Counted from the stretch's first letter, positions 28,601-42,380 are shown. The stretch is 64,000 nucleotides of DNA from Geosiphon pyriformis uo1 (GCA_016748015.1 JAAOMT010000515.1:186001-250000); one strand, 5' to 3'. Notes: generated by a model from the letters alone, not told the origin. Numbers and translations are program-made.

Positions 28601-28914
28601 AATCTTTTTTTATATCTGTTTTTGCTTTTGTTTTTACTATTGTAATTTTATATAATGTTTTTTAATAAAAAAATTAAGAATATTTTAAGTGTTTTTTGTA
28701 AAATTTAAATATTAATAAAAATTTACTAATTTATAAATAATATATTATTGTGTATTTTAAGTTTATTAAAATAGTTAATACTGTTTTTATTTGTTAATTA
28801 ATTTTAATAATAAAGAATAATATGAAATTTTTTTGTTTGTTTATTAAAAAATTATTGTTTTTTATAATATATTTAAACCAAATTAATTAATTTTTATTTT
28901 ATTTTTTTATTTTT
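25700..28914. mobile_element. Highly eroded family X relics (two adjacent partial copies)
   Basis: 26457-26553 is similar to 28417-28513, and both match the reverse complement of about 8440-8530. 27480-27840 matches the reverse complement of 7445-7820. Faint LINE ORF1-like translations on the + strand. Confidence 0.6.
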
Positions 28915-31900
28915 ATTTTATAAGGGCAGTTTAATCACTATTTAATATACAAAAACAAACTAAATATATCAAATTAAATATAGCTTATATACTTACTACA
29001 TATGACCAGCCATTTAAATCAATTAAGACTATACATACATTTATATTGAATTTCAACTTATTATTTAAACTTGAAAAAAACAAACAAGTCTTATATAATC
29101 CAAAACTAATAATAAATAATTTAATAATTTTAAGCAGATAAATTACTTCAATTGAGAGAAAACTAAACAGATCACTATATACTTTAGGCAAAATTTTTAT
29201 GTCTTTTATCATATTACTCTTTTTTATATCAATTTTGTATTTAAACCTAAAATTTTACAATCTACTACAATATATATTAGCCAAATATTAAATAAAATCA
29301 GTTATCACTATCATAGTTTTTTTTTATTCTCAAACTTAAAAGCTGCTTTGCTAATCCAATTCTTAAAAACAAATTCTTTATACAAGATTTTATAAACACT
29401 AATGTTTAATGCTCCTAATAAAAAAGTACACAATATTGAAGAAATTAATGAAAAACAAGATTTTACTAAAGATGTTTACAAATTAGTATAATTTAACAAA
29501 ATTTTAAAACATACTAAAATCTTTTTTGAATAGATGAAAACATAATTAAATAGTTTAATATTACCACAGAATAAATACAATATATCTGGATACTTTTTGT
29601 TATAAAGCCTCTTTCTAACTGCAGTTGACAATTTTTTATGAATTTTTTTTATTAAATATGTACAAAAAACTGTTAAAAATTTGCTAGTATAACCAAAAAG
29701 CATATAAGAATCAAAGTACTATATTGAAACAATATAGTGCTAATTAATAGTCTGAATAAAAATTTTTTATAAAATATTCATACTTAGACCCATTTTTTAT
29801 TAAACATAATTAACTGTCTGATATATATTGTAGACAAAATACCAAACATTGTCTAAAATGACCAACTTATTTACTGAAATAAATCTCTTAATCATATTAG
29901 TAGATAAAAAAATATAAGACTACATTACAATACTTACAAAACTATCAGTTATATTATTGTTAACATTTCTTAAATGGCTTTTAACTTTCACTTATTTAAC
30001 AAAAATATTTTTGAATCTAATTAAATTAGCTATATATTGCTTTTTAATTCAGCATTTATTTTAAAAATCAGACACAAGCAGTATAAACAGCACAAGTCCT
30101 AATATATATATATCTATAACAGCTTGGCTGTTTGTATACAAAACTATCAAATAAGATAAAAAACACATTCCAAAGCCAGAACAATAGTCTGCAATTTTAA
30201 CAAAGTTGATAATAGTAAACCAGAAACTTTTATACTTAAATTTACTCTAATCTCAGGAAAATATGCTATTGCTTTATTTGTTATATTAACAGTACTTATA
30301 TTATACAGAAAATTATTAGTATAAACATTAATCTCCCCTGTTTAAAGTTTATGTAAATACTTCCAAACATCCAAAAATTTACTTGAGTTATAAAAACCTG
30401 AACAGCCAAAGTTAAAGCCACACCCAATAAGTTTAATTAAAAGATTGTTTATATAAGTAACAGTTTTTACAAACTATATTAACACTAAGTCTTTTGAATT
30501 CAGTCTTTCCTAATAATAAAAGATCTTATAATTTATAATTAAGCCATGTTTGTTTAATAATTTATTACCAAAAACAATATTAAATCACTTTAAAAAGTAA
30601 ATTACATCAAAGTATTATGAGCCACCTAAAATTTTTTACATAGAAAAACAACCAAAAGAATAAAATGCACAAGATAACTTATTCACCAAAGAAATATTGT
30701 TATTCAAAAAAATTTTTATTATGTCTGCTAGAAAATTGTTTATGGAATTGACTCTTAGTTTAACAAAAAATTGTAATAAGTTTCTTGGCACCCAATCTGT
30801 AATCTGCAAATTCAAAAATTAGTATACAAATAAATGGTCAAGAATTTTTATTATATTAGAAAACCAAATTAATAAAGCTATTTTGCTTTCTATTTGAAGC
30901 TGGTTAAATAATTTTAGCTTATATAATAATAAATGATACAGAGCTTTATTAGAAAAGTTTTTTAGCAAATTAGTTTTTGATCTAAGTCTCTTTTTAATTA
31001 TAATATCTTACTTTTAACATATATTTTTAAACACAAAACTGAATTATATCTAGTAATTGATAATAGACTGCAAAATTACTAAAATTAAATAAGAAAATTG
31101 TTTGTTTAATAAAGTTTTTCTAAGTATTATGTTTAAAAAAACCTGATGTTTGAATGTGTTTTGGTAAAACTTGGCTTAAATATACTCTTTGTTAACAAAA
31201 AAATCTTTAAATATTTGTAAGATCTTTATGTTTGGCAATAGAAATAGATTAGCCATCAATATGTAATAAAACAATTACAATTTCTGGTTTATAGAAATCA
31301 CAACTGTCTTTTCATTGTTAATACAAATGTTATTAAATTTAAAAAACTGATTTGCCAAGTCCAAAATATATTGCATTAAAGTCTGATTATTTTCTATCTA
31401 AATTGTATTATCTATAAAAGCACCTGTTACAAAGAAAAAAGTTTTTCTTCTATTGACTTCTATTTTGTTTGTTTTAGTCACAAAATTGGTATTAATTTAA
31501 TATCTATACAAATGTCTTTAATACTTAATTTTACACAATAAAAAATCATAAAAAATTCTTTAAAGAAGTAATAAAAAAATTTTATTCTAATCCAGCCTAT
31601 TGTGCACTTTGTAACTACTTAAGAGACCAAAATCTGTTGTAATTCTGTTGATTCTGTTTTTATGTATGTTTTTAAAAAAGTTAATAAATCTATTATATAT
31701 TTTAATCTACTTCAAATTAGCTTTTAAATAATACTATAATTGAATTATAAGTTTTATACATGTTTTATAGAACCAATTAAAGCTTTTGCTCTTTTTATAA
31801 AGCATTTTTTAATATAAAACTAATAAAAAATACTGAAAATTAAGTCGAAATACTCTTTAAGACTAAGAAATTGTTATTATAAAGAACATTAAACTTGCTA

Positions 31901-34900
31901 TAAACAGATAAAATACAATCTAATAAAATATTAAACAAAATTTTTTTGGCAGTTTTAATTAGCACTATAGATTATATATTAATTAAAATGCCATTTCAAT
32001 TATATGACTTAAAGTTCATTAAAATTTATGTTCTTTTTCAAAAAATTAAGACATCTTCAAAAGTTAAATAAATATTCAATAAGACCAAAAAACAATTTAC
32101 CACCATATTATTACAATGTTTTCAAAATTTATTAGTTATACCAAATAGACTAATAGCTTTGTTATCAAGCAGACCACCAATTACTGAAATTAAATCTATT
32201 TTGCTAATAGTATTTATTATACCAGAAAAAACATTCTTATTTATATATGCCAAAAATACATATTAACAAGCTCACAAATCAAACAAAACTAAAGAAACCT
32301 CATGTTTTTTTATTTTTTATTGATTGTGTTTCTAATTATAGCTGCTTTTTTAGCTTTAGATTTTTGATACTTGGATTCTTAATATTTTTTTTCACTCTTA
32401 GTTCTATTCTCAATCAGAAAAAACAAACTAATTAAACCATCAATATCTAATCTCGACCAAATCTGTTTAAGACAATTAAATTCAATAATATTACTAAAAA
32501 AAAAAACTTTAATTATTCTTAAAACTAAAACTTCTAATTTGTAATATTTAGAAAATTGCTTATTCCTGAAGTTATTAAAATTTTTAAACCAATTCCTAGA
32601 AAATATTTTGTTTACTAAATCAATTATAATTGACTTTACAAGATTTTATATTACATTTAAATCATTTTTTTTGTAATCTGAAACTCATTATATGATTAAA
32701 ATATTTTAACTGATAAATATTCCTTAAACTGAGCTTATTTTTATATATTAGTATTCTTAAAACCAAATTTCTATTAATTTTTATTGGCATGTTTTTAAAT
32801 AAAATTTAAATTCAAATATAGAAAACCAGTTAAATTAAGAGAAATCATAACAATTAAATAATTAGTATTAAAGAAATTAGAAACACTACTAATCTTATGT
32901 CTAATTACTATTGTCAAAAGATATTTACTAACCAAAATATAATCAATAGTCTTTTTAATATCTCTTAAATTACTCTATATTAGAAATTTAGCAACTGTAT
33001 CACTTAACATAAAATTATATAAGTTCAAATTGAGACATTTTTTTAAGTTTGTATATTGTTTTATTTTATCTTTATTAAAATTATCTCTTAATATCATATA
33101 AAAACTTATATTGATTGCTTTAGTAATACTTAAATTTATTTCATTAACTTAATTAAATTATATTTCAGCAAAAGTACTTGTATATAAATCCTAAAATATT
33201 TTTGTTAAACAACAAATGAAATGAGAGAAAATGACCAGAAATTTTAGAAATCTTATATATATATCAAGTAAAAGATTTATTTATTATTATTATTACTTTC
33301 AAATTCAAATAATCAGTATCCAAATTAAATACAAATACCTTCAAGTCCGTAAATTTGTCTTTAAATCAAGGTCTGATTTGCTCTTTTAATTTTATTTCAA
33401 TAAATATTGAAATCAAATTCTCAAAATTTTTATGTTATTTAATAATATTATCTTGCTTGGCCAAATTGTTTATTTTTTTAACATTGTATATTGCAACTTT
33501 CCAAATGTAATTAGTTATTAAGACAAAAATAACAACATAAAACTTGTACCAAAGCACAACTGATCCAATTTTGCTAAAACTGAATTTACAAAAATCTTAA
33601 AAACCACTATTTTTGATTTCAAACTGTTTATTTTAGTGATTAAAATCTTAAAACTGTTTGGACTTATTATTAAAGCTTTAGTTTTTGCTAAAAAAAAAAA
33701 GAAAAACAACATTTATAAAGCATTTAAAATCAAATTTAAAGTTAATAACAAATTTAAAACTATCAAATTTGGCAAAGTAAAAGCAAGTAGAAAAAGAATC
33801 AAAAATACCAAATCCATATTACTAAGTCTATACACAATACTAAACATTTAATTAAACAAAAGCTTTAAAGAATATTCTAAAGAAGCCAAATAATTATTAA
33901 TTATAGAAACATCTTAAAAATCAGGAATTTTATTGCCAAAAAAAAAAGCACCAGAAAAAGAGAGCTTAAGAACAGATGTTGAAAACACTATTTAGGTCCA
34001 AAACATGTCATCAAAAACAGTAGGTTAAGAAATAAATATATTTTTTTTTATATAGAGATAAGTAAACTAAAAATAATTTTAATCTAAAATAAACTTTTTA
34101 TAAATTCTTTTTTGAACCAGAATTAAGGAGCCAGAATAGTTACACTTAAAAAAAATGTCCAAAATGCTCATATTTTACACAATAGACCAAATCTATTTTA
34201 GTTTAAAAGAGTTTTATATTATTCAAAATTGGCTTTATGTAAAAGACAAATTCAAGTTTCTTATCTGACTTAAAGCCAATTATAGCACAATAAATCTTAT
34301 TGCCAGTTTTAAGTAATTGATTAATAATACAAGTTTTCTTATTAGTTTCTTTTAAAAAAACATTAAAATTATAAGCTGTTGTTCCTATTGGCAAAATAAA
34401 TAAAAGTGTCTTAAAACAATCTTTTAATATCCAAGTCTTATGATTTCTTATAGTCTTGACTATATACACTGAATTTTTTTCAATTAAAAATGAATATTTT
34501 TCTGTCAACTGATTTGCTTGCTCTAATTTAGCAAACTTCATTATAGTTTTCTGTTATAGTCTAACTAATTACAATTAGATTGACTTAATTTGTCTAAATT
34601 CAGATACTACAGTAATAATTATTTTTTTTGGCATGTTTATAGAAATTTTTTTGATTACTACAGTCTGATTTGACTACACTATTTGTCTTTTGATATTACT
34701 GTTTATAATAATTTCCTTATTTTCAGCCAATAATATGTTCTTTTTCATATTTTCTTTAGATGTAAACATTAATTAAATAATTTTTTCAAATTTTGAGAGA
34801 ATAATAGTCTCTCTAAAATCATTAATTAATGAAAAAAATTTTCTAATAAACTGAGTCTTTGCCATTGTTAATTTCTCTTTTACAGCTAAAAAATTAATAT

Positions 34901-35470
34901 TTAATATAAAAGATTTTTTTACTGTCACTTTAATCTGAGTCTTTATTATTTTAGAATCAATTTACCTTTTATCAAAAAAAATATTAAGAGAAAAAAGGAG
35001 GGGATCTTCATCCTTATCCATTTCAAAGTCGATTATACTAATAGAAAAGCTACTATTCAAATTAGTGTTAAATTTTTTAGCTTTGAGAGTTGTTATAGTT
35101 AAGCCAAAAAAAGAACCACTACCAATTCCATCATAGTATTACCAATTTCATTATCACTGAACTTATTATTCATACCCGAATATAAGCCACTATTAAGACC
35201 AGATTTGATCAAAGAAAAATTTTTTTATTACCAGAATGTTTAATATTACTCACAGAAACTCTTTTTTCGAAGAGAAAGTACTACCAACAGAACCATGAAG
35301 GGCCTTTTTAGACGCCTTTTTCTTAGACATATTGCTACTTGAAATAGTCTTCAGGTATATTACAAAAAGATTATTAGCTTGAAAAATATTGAAAGAAAAG
35401 TAATTAGAAAATAAAAAAACTTTTTTTTCGAAAAAATGCTCTTTGAAAATTTTTGAATATAGGAGAAAAA
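28915..35470 (-). mobile_element. Old full-length (about 6.5 kb) non-LTR retrotransposon (LINE; ORF1, APE, RT, RNase H), heavily mutated
   Basis: ORF1 ATG at 35330 (MSKKKASKKALHGSVGSTF). ORF1 remnant at 34203-34541 (LFILPIGTTAYNF). The 3' remnant 29476-29703 (TAVRKRLYNKKYPDILYLFCGNIKLFNYVF) is homologous to the young LINE ORF (TVRKCLYNRCYPNVVCLFCGDIEVSDHVF). A-rich tail near 28915. Many stops; internal APE/RT domains inferred from position and length. Confidence 0.85.
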
Positions 35471-37150
35471 GAAGTTTTTAATTTTTTGATTATGCAGTTT
35501 TTAAAATTAATAACTTGGTTTTTTAAATTAATAGTTAAATTTGTTTATTTTCTAATTTTTTAATATTTATTATTATTAATAATTTATTATTGTTATTTTT
35601 AAGTTTTAAAAAGCTTTTAATAAAATAATTGTTAAATTTAATATTTTATGTAAAAACTATATTTAATATTATTATAAATATTAAAGTTTAAATTAATTGA
35701 ATTTTAATTATAAAAGTGTTTTTTTTTTGATTTTTAAAACAATTTTTTAAGTTTTTATTGTTTTTTAAGTTTTTATTGGTTATTTAAAGCTTTTGCTTTA
35801 TTTATAATGTTTTATTTTGTTTTTTCTACTAGTTTTATTAATAAGTATATAAATTTAAATTAGTTTTTTGAAATTTAAGTTGTAAGATTTGTTTGGTTTG
35901 ATTAAATTTATGATTAAAAAAATTAGTTTTTTGGTAAATTTAATTGTTTTCTTATGGCTATCAAAATAAAATTTATTATAAAAAATATAAAAAATTGTTT
36001 TATCTTTTTAAAAACTTAAATTAAATATATCTGAATTTTGAATTAAATTTTAATAAAAATTAATAATTAGATTTACATTATTTTGTATTTTTAAAGCAAC
36101 ACAAAAAAAATTATTTAGTAAATATTAAGATTCGAATAATTTAAATTTTAGTAATAACATTTTTATTTGCAAAATATTTTACATTTAAAATGAATTAAAA
36201 TTTGGTGAATTTAATTATTTTTAATTATTTTTTGCTATAAAATTTTTTTAAATATTAATAATTAATAAATATGTTAAAGATTTTTTGAATAAATAGTCTA
36301 TATTTTAATATTTGTTGTTTTTTTTAAATTAAAATAATTTATATTAGAATTATATTTTAATTGTTATATAATTTTATTAACATTAAGCTGGTTATTAAAA
36401 ACAATATTAAATTTTTTGTATAAAATTTGTATTTTAGAATTTTTTGAATATTATTATTAGAATTAAGCATATTAAATTATTTTTTATTATATTAAATATT
36501 ACAAAGTCTGTTATGATTTCTGTTTTGTTTTTTATAATTGCTTTAAAAAGTTAAATTAGTAAAAACTTTTGAATATTAATATTGTTACAAATGTTAAGAT
36601 TTAAGTTATCTGGAATTTTTTTTTAATTTAATAAAGTTTGTTTATTGTGTTTAAAGTTCTATAAATTGATTTATTAATTTAGTTTTTTATGTTAAAACCA
36701 CTATTTTACTTATAAAATTTTATATTGATGTTTTTAATAATAAGTTTGAATTCAAGTTAAATTTTTTTAAATTCCAGTTGCAAAAGTTGTTTTATTTAAT
36801 AGAATTTGTAATTAAATTTATTAGTTATTAAGTAGTTTTAATTATTTTTTTGCTAAATGTTAAAAGCTAGCTTAATGCAAAGCTGAATATCTGATTAATA
36901 ATATTTTTAATCTGGTTTTTAATTTGTTTAAAAGTTTTGTTAAGTTGAAAAACAAGATGATACAAATTTTTTAAATAATAACAATACTTTTTCAAAATTT
37001 AACACATTATAATTAATTGCAACTAATTTTTTAAATCTGTTGCAAAGCCAATTTTTGAAAAATTAATTATTAAAAAATAAAACAAACTTTGTGTTTAAAT
37101 TATTTAATTTAGAACTGTTTATTTAATAAAAGATTAACCAATTTGGTTTT
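35471..37150. mobile_element. Family X relic, continuation of the copy interrupted by the LINE at 28915-35470
   Basis: The reverse complement of 35475-35940 aligns with about 7450-7870, and the sequence left of the LINE (below 28900) resumes at about 7940 of copy 1. Confidence 0.55.
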
Positions 37151-37914
37151 TGATCATCTTATTAGAATTTATAAGAAATTTTTTTTTCATTAAAATATAT
37201 TGACCATAAATTTAAAATTTAAAATTTGTAATTTCAAGTTTTATCTAGAAAGTTACAAAAATTTCTTTTACTTAATACTGCAAATTTCTAAATTTCCAAA
37301 AAATATTATGGGCTATCATCACTATGTCATCTAAATTTATTGATTTAAACCAAAAAACTGAATTGGTTTTATTAATTGAAAAAACCAACTTTATCAAAAG
37401 TCACATTTAAAGTACATAAACTAAAGATTCTACTTGGGATTGTGATCTTCAAAAATTAATAGGATATTCATCATGTGCATGAATAAGATAATTTAGAGTT
37501 CAAGATCACCATCCAAGACTTGGCACGGAAATCACTTTTTAAGCATCCTATTGAATTTTATTTTTCTTCCATATTTGGCTATTGGAAATTGAGGCTTAAG
37601 AAAATCTGTAAGACAAACAACCTCAATCTGGAAAAAAACTAACCTTGCCTTTGGAATGCTCTCAATCGAAACAATTTTCAATCTTTAAAATAAGAACGCA
37701 GGGGGTTTCTCTGTAACATTTCACTGGCATTCGTATTAAAAAAATTACCAAAACGAGTTTCTCCGATTTCACGTTTTTAATTTAGAATAAAATTCTTTTT
37801 ATGACTAGATAAGATGCTCAATAGAGTATAAAAGAACATTTGGTTAAGGCATTTAAATTCCAGGGATTTTAAATTTCTAGCAGCTAGAGTGACAATTGAA
37901 AGTAATTTAACAAA

Positions 37915-38929
37915 ATGAAATACCCCAAATGCTTTTTGATTGTGATTATTTTCAATATTTTAATATTGGCTCAGATCATTAATGCCCACCCCGAATGGAA
38001 GGCACCAGGACCTAATGATAAAAGATCACCATGCCCAGCGCTTAATTCCCTTGCTAATCATGGCTACTTGTAAGCTTTAACTTAATAAATTCTTGATTTA
38101 ATAATCAATATAACAAATTGAGAATGATAATGTTTATTTTGTGAAAAGACCGCGTGATGGAAAAAATTTAAGCATTTTCACGCTTACAAGTGCAGTCTGG
38201 CAAGTCTATCGGTTGGATATTCTTGTTGCAGGTTTCTTAAGCTCTAACGCTGTCTTAATGCTTGGCAGTAATGGAAAGATGTATGTATTAAACACTTGCT
38301 CTAATGTAAATTGCAATTCGCAATATTTATAACTCCTAATTTTTTACTCTCTTATGATTATTTTATTAGAAATCTGGACGATTTATTCAAGCATAATGTT
38401 ATCGAACATGATGCTTCTTTAACAAGAAATGATCTGTATGATGGCAACATTGTGCCTGTAAATCAAACCCTTATCAACGAATTCTTCTCATTCAACGTTT
38501 CTGGTAAATTGACGCCCGAATCGTTTGCCAAGGCAGAAACTCTCAGAACCGAAAAATGCTTTAAATACAATCCAAACTGTACTGCCACTACAATTAATAC
38601 CCAAAGAACACAACTGGGTGAATCTGCAAATTTCCTTAGTGTTTTTGGGGATGAAAATCTTGAAATAGATCTAAAAATCGCTGATCCTTTTTTTCGCTAT
38701 GAAAGACTTTCAGAACTATATATACCTAAGAAAAAATTTATTACCGAGATCGATTTACTTGATATTCAAGCTATTCATTTATTGCCACACTCCTGGTTAG
38801 CGACTAATTTCCCATCATTTACTTTTGATAAAATAATTAATGGTAAAATATTCCATTAGACATTGGATTTCATTAAGTATGCGGTCAACTTTTTTTTCAG
38901 TTTTAGAATTTTCGAGAATATCATATTAA
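37915..38929 (+). CDS. Secreted heme-thiolate peroxidase (chloroperoxidase / short unspecific peroxygenase family)
   Basis: Signal peptide MKYPKCFLIVIIFNILILAQIINA; proximal-Cys motif RSPCPALNSLANHGYLPRDG; IEHDASLTRND; E in LGESANFL. Exons 37915-38069, 38149-38280, 38370-38842, 38901-38929. The last intron is uncertain; an alternative stop lies at 38859. Confidence 0.93.
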
Positions 38930-39419
38930 ATCAAAAGAATAGATTTAAATGTTCTTATAATAGTCCACAATATTTCCACAGATATATTGAAAAAATATCC
39001 GGTATTATTTTCTGGAAAAAAACCATATTATCATCTGGATTTTGATTTTTGATGTTGCAAAATTTATTAAAAATGGCTTAATAACATCTAATTTGACTTT
39101 TCTTGCTTAGAATGACTTAAAAAAGCATTTAAAGATGCATTAATAATTTTTTCAATATTTGTAATATTATTCTTGATTATTTATTTGAAAGAATTTTCAA
39201 AGACTTTTTTTGAATATTAACTAAAAAACACCATTATTCTTGGTATTTACTATTTAATATTTTTACTTGGATTTTTGTATTTTTAAGCATTAAACTAAGA
39301 CTTTCATGTTAAAATTGAAGATTACAAAAATAGCATTTTTGGCAACATAGTTTCTAATTTAATAATTAACAATTTTGGCATATATAATATAAAAACATAT
39401 GCATTTTAATATTGTGAAA

Positions 39420-39455
<36 letters not shown>

Positions 39456-39525
39456 GTTATTATTATAAACATTTTCACAGTCACTTTAAATGAAAAATTA
39501 TTGTAATTTTGAACAAAAAAATACA

Positions 39526-40858
39526 GGTGTAAAAGTGTCTGGTCTGGTTTCTTCCACTTTGGCAGAGCTGCAGGCCATTGCTTTAACTCTTGAGTATGTT
39601 CCTTCTTTTCGGACAGTTGACTTATTCTCAGACAGCCAGGCTGTTCTGGATGTGTACAAATCAAAATTTTTTTTGATTTGTCCAGATTTCAAGAACTGGT
39701 GTTGGATTGAGCGTTACCACATTATTGATGTTATTCATTGCAAAAATTTAAGGGTGAATTGGATTAAAGTTAGGGAACATTTGGGCATCTTGGGCAATAA
39801 GTGCACTAATGCACTTGCTAAAGATGCCACTTTCTCTGTCTGGCAACTGTCCCATTTGATCAGTGAAAAATTTTTAAGAGCTGGTAGTACTGCAGTTTCT
39901 GGTAATTCTAAACACTTCATTCATGATGTTTTTTGGTCTGTTCACCGTGCATGCTGGAAAATTAGATCGGGCTCTCAGGTTATGCCAAATAGTCTGTGTG
40001 CTGATATCAATTGGTCAAAATTCTCTATGGTATGGTACACAGATTCTCATATGGCTGCTGGTTTCATTAGTGTGCATACTGCCAGCCTTCGTACTTACTT
40101 CATGAAAGTCCTCCATTGTCAGCTTCTGGTCACTGTACGTAAATGTTTGTACAATAGGTGTTATCCTAATGTAGTTTGTTTATTCTGTGGTGACATTGAG
40201 GTCTCCGACCATGTTTTTTGTTGTTCATTTGATGCTGCAAGTCATGCTCAGTTGTTGGATGCTCATGCATTTGTTTGGGAGGCTTGTTTAGGTTTATCTT
40301 GGTCTTCTTCATATATTTTGCAGTTGCTGCACACCTGTGTTTCCAATGTTGCTATTGGTCTGGCTTTGTGCAAAGGCTTTGTTTTCAATGATTGGTATCA
40401 TGAGTCTGTTTCTGTTTTTGGAGATTCTAAGGTTGCGATGTCAAAAGTTGTGGACTTTGTTCGTGAGTTTTGTTTCGTATTCAGGAAGGATATTTGGATG
40501 ATTCATGCCAGACACCAGGCTTTTATGGACAAGAGTGGGCTAATCTCTCATGATGGTTCTATTCTTATCTTGATTTCTGGTTTATCCACATCATTTTCAA
40601 CTGGTGTGGTTAGATTGCTGGGTATTGCTGAAGTGTTTGGTGTAGGTTTCGGATTTTGTACTTCTTGTTCATTTTTCTCGGGTATTGGGGACTTGGTTTC
40701 TATTCATATAGATGTGTAGTGTTGTTTTGATTGGTCTGAATGGCCAGTCACATGTAGAAAACACATAATTTGCTCCTAGTTTAAATCATTTGTATGATGT
40801 ATAGTACTAGGTTGCATTTGGACTTCACTCATTAAAACAATAAAAAAAAAAAAAAAAA
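39526..40858 (+). mobile_element. Young 5'-truncated LINE insertion (RNase H plus C-terminal Cys/His region) with poly(A) tail and TSD
   Basis: ORF 39490-40719 has RNase H motifs (STLAELQAIAL, LFSDSQA, WIKVREHLGILGNKCTNALAK) and CLFCG..DHVFCC. A17 tail at 40842-40858. AAAAAAATACA is duplicated at 39515-39525 and 40852-40862. Confidence 0.92.
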
Positions 40859-42380
40859 TACATCTACCCATGTATTTTAAGCAAAGTAATTTGTTTACAC
40901 ATTTTAATATTAATCAAAATATTAAAATATATCTTTTGAGATCCATTCTTTAAAAATTAATTGATGGTCATTCTTCACCAAGAGAGTTTTCACACAGTCC
41001 TGTGGAACAATTTTTCTTAAATTACAAGATTTCTTCAAATACAAACTTAGGAGATTCTTTATTTAATACAAGCTTGAATGGGATCAGACATGCTACAAAT
41101 GTCAGTACTACCTCTTCTGGATTTTACTTTTACTAGCTCAATAGAAAGCTCCCTTTTTTTGCCATATAACGACCACAGCAGAACAAAGACATAAAGGTCT
41201 TGCTTGGAGATCATCACACATTACAAGGTTAGGCTGAGAAAATAGATGAAAAGATAAAATCGGTGATGTCAGGATAGATGAGAGATTGTGCGACATCAAA
41301 GGTAACATTTATGCGGCGTTCTTTTTTGCCAAGAGGTTGATAACGCGAAAAACGTGAGGGTCATTACTTTCTATTATTTCCTCATTTTGAATTATTGCAA
41401 TTGAAAAATTCAAAAATCGTTCATTTTCATGAGAACTGATGCAGCTAGGGACATTTTTTACATTATCCGAAAACTTTTATTTGAATTTGGGTTTTCCATG
41501 CCGCCGCAACTATTAAAAATTAGCAGTATTTCAACCACCCAAAAAATTAAAACTTTAATTCTGAAATTTGACTTTTATGAGAATGCTCTCACTGTAATGA
41601 AATCAATCATTGCGAAAAAAGGAATTCCACCACTAAGCAGTCGTCAATGATTGTTGTTCTTTGTGCACATTGACTTGAAGATTTTTGACTTTGCTGAGCT
41701 TCAAGTAAAAACAAAAACTTTTTGAAAGTAGCATACATGACTCGTTTTAAACAATAAACCTAATCTTAACAAATTCGAAAATTAACAATAGCGTTCAGAA
41801 AAGTTGAAATTTCAAAATTAGATGGACAACCAAGACATTGTACAAATAAATTTTTTAAAAACAACCATACTTCGAAAGATGAAGGCATCGACTTATATAT
41901 TTTTTTCCATAGAGAAAAAAAAATGGTTTAAAAATGTGGGAATCTTATTTTTTAAATTAAATTAATGAATTAATATTATTTATACAGTTCAAAATATTTT
42001 TAAATAAGGTATTCTCAACTTGCAACTATATTATTTTACAATAATTTTTCTCTCTATTACACCTTAGCAAGGCTTTATATTTAAAAGAGATGGTTAAATT
42101 TGTAACATTAAATTAAATTAAATTAAAAATTAATTTTTTTAATCTGTATATTTTTCTGAAGCTTTAATTTCAGAACTTTTGTATGCTTTTCTTTTTATCA
42201 TTGGCATTTTCAATTTTTTATCCCGCGAAAATCTTTTTTGGTTTATAATCGCCTTGAAAAATTTGATGAACTTGGGAGTTATTGATTGTCTCAATAGGAG
42301 TTTTGCTTTCGCAGCTGATATAAGAAATCAAAAGGTTAGTAACTGCCTCATAAAAATAAATATGGGACGTAAAAAAATGT

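Noticed and set aside
40958-41135. LIDGHSS, resembling a pogo/DDE_1 transposase motif
   Set aside because: No downstream LPPHxTHxLQPLD-like motif; not enough support.
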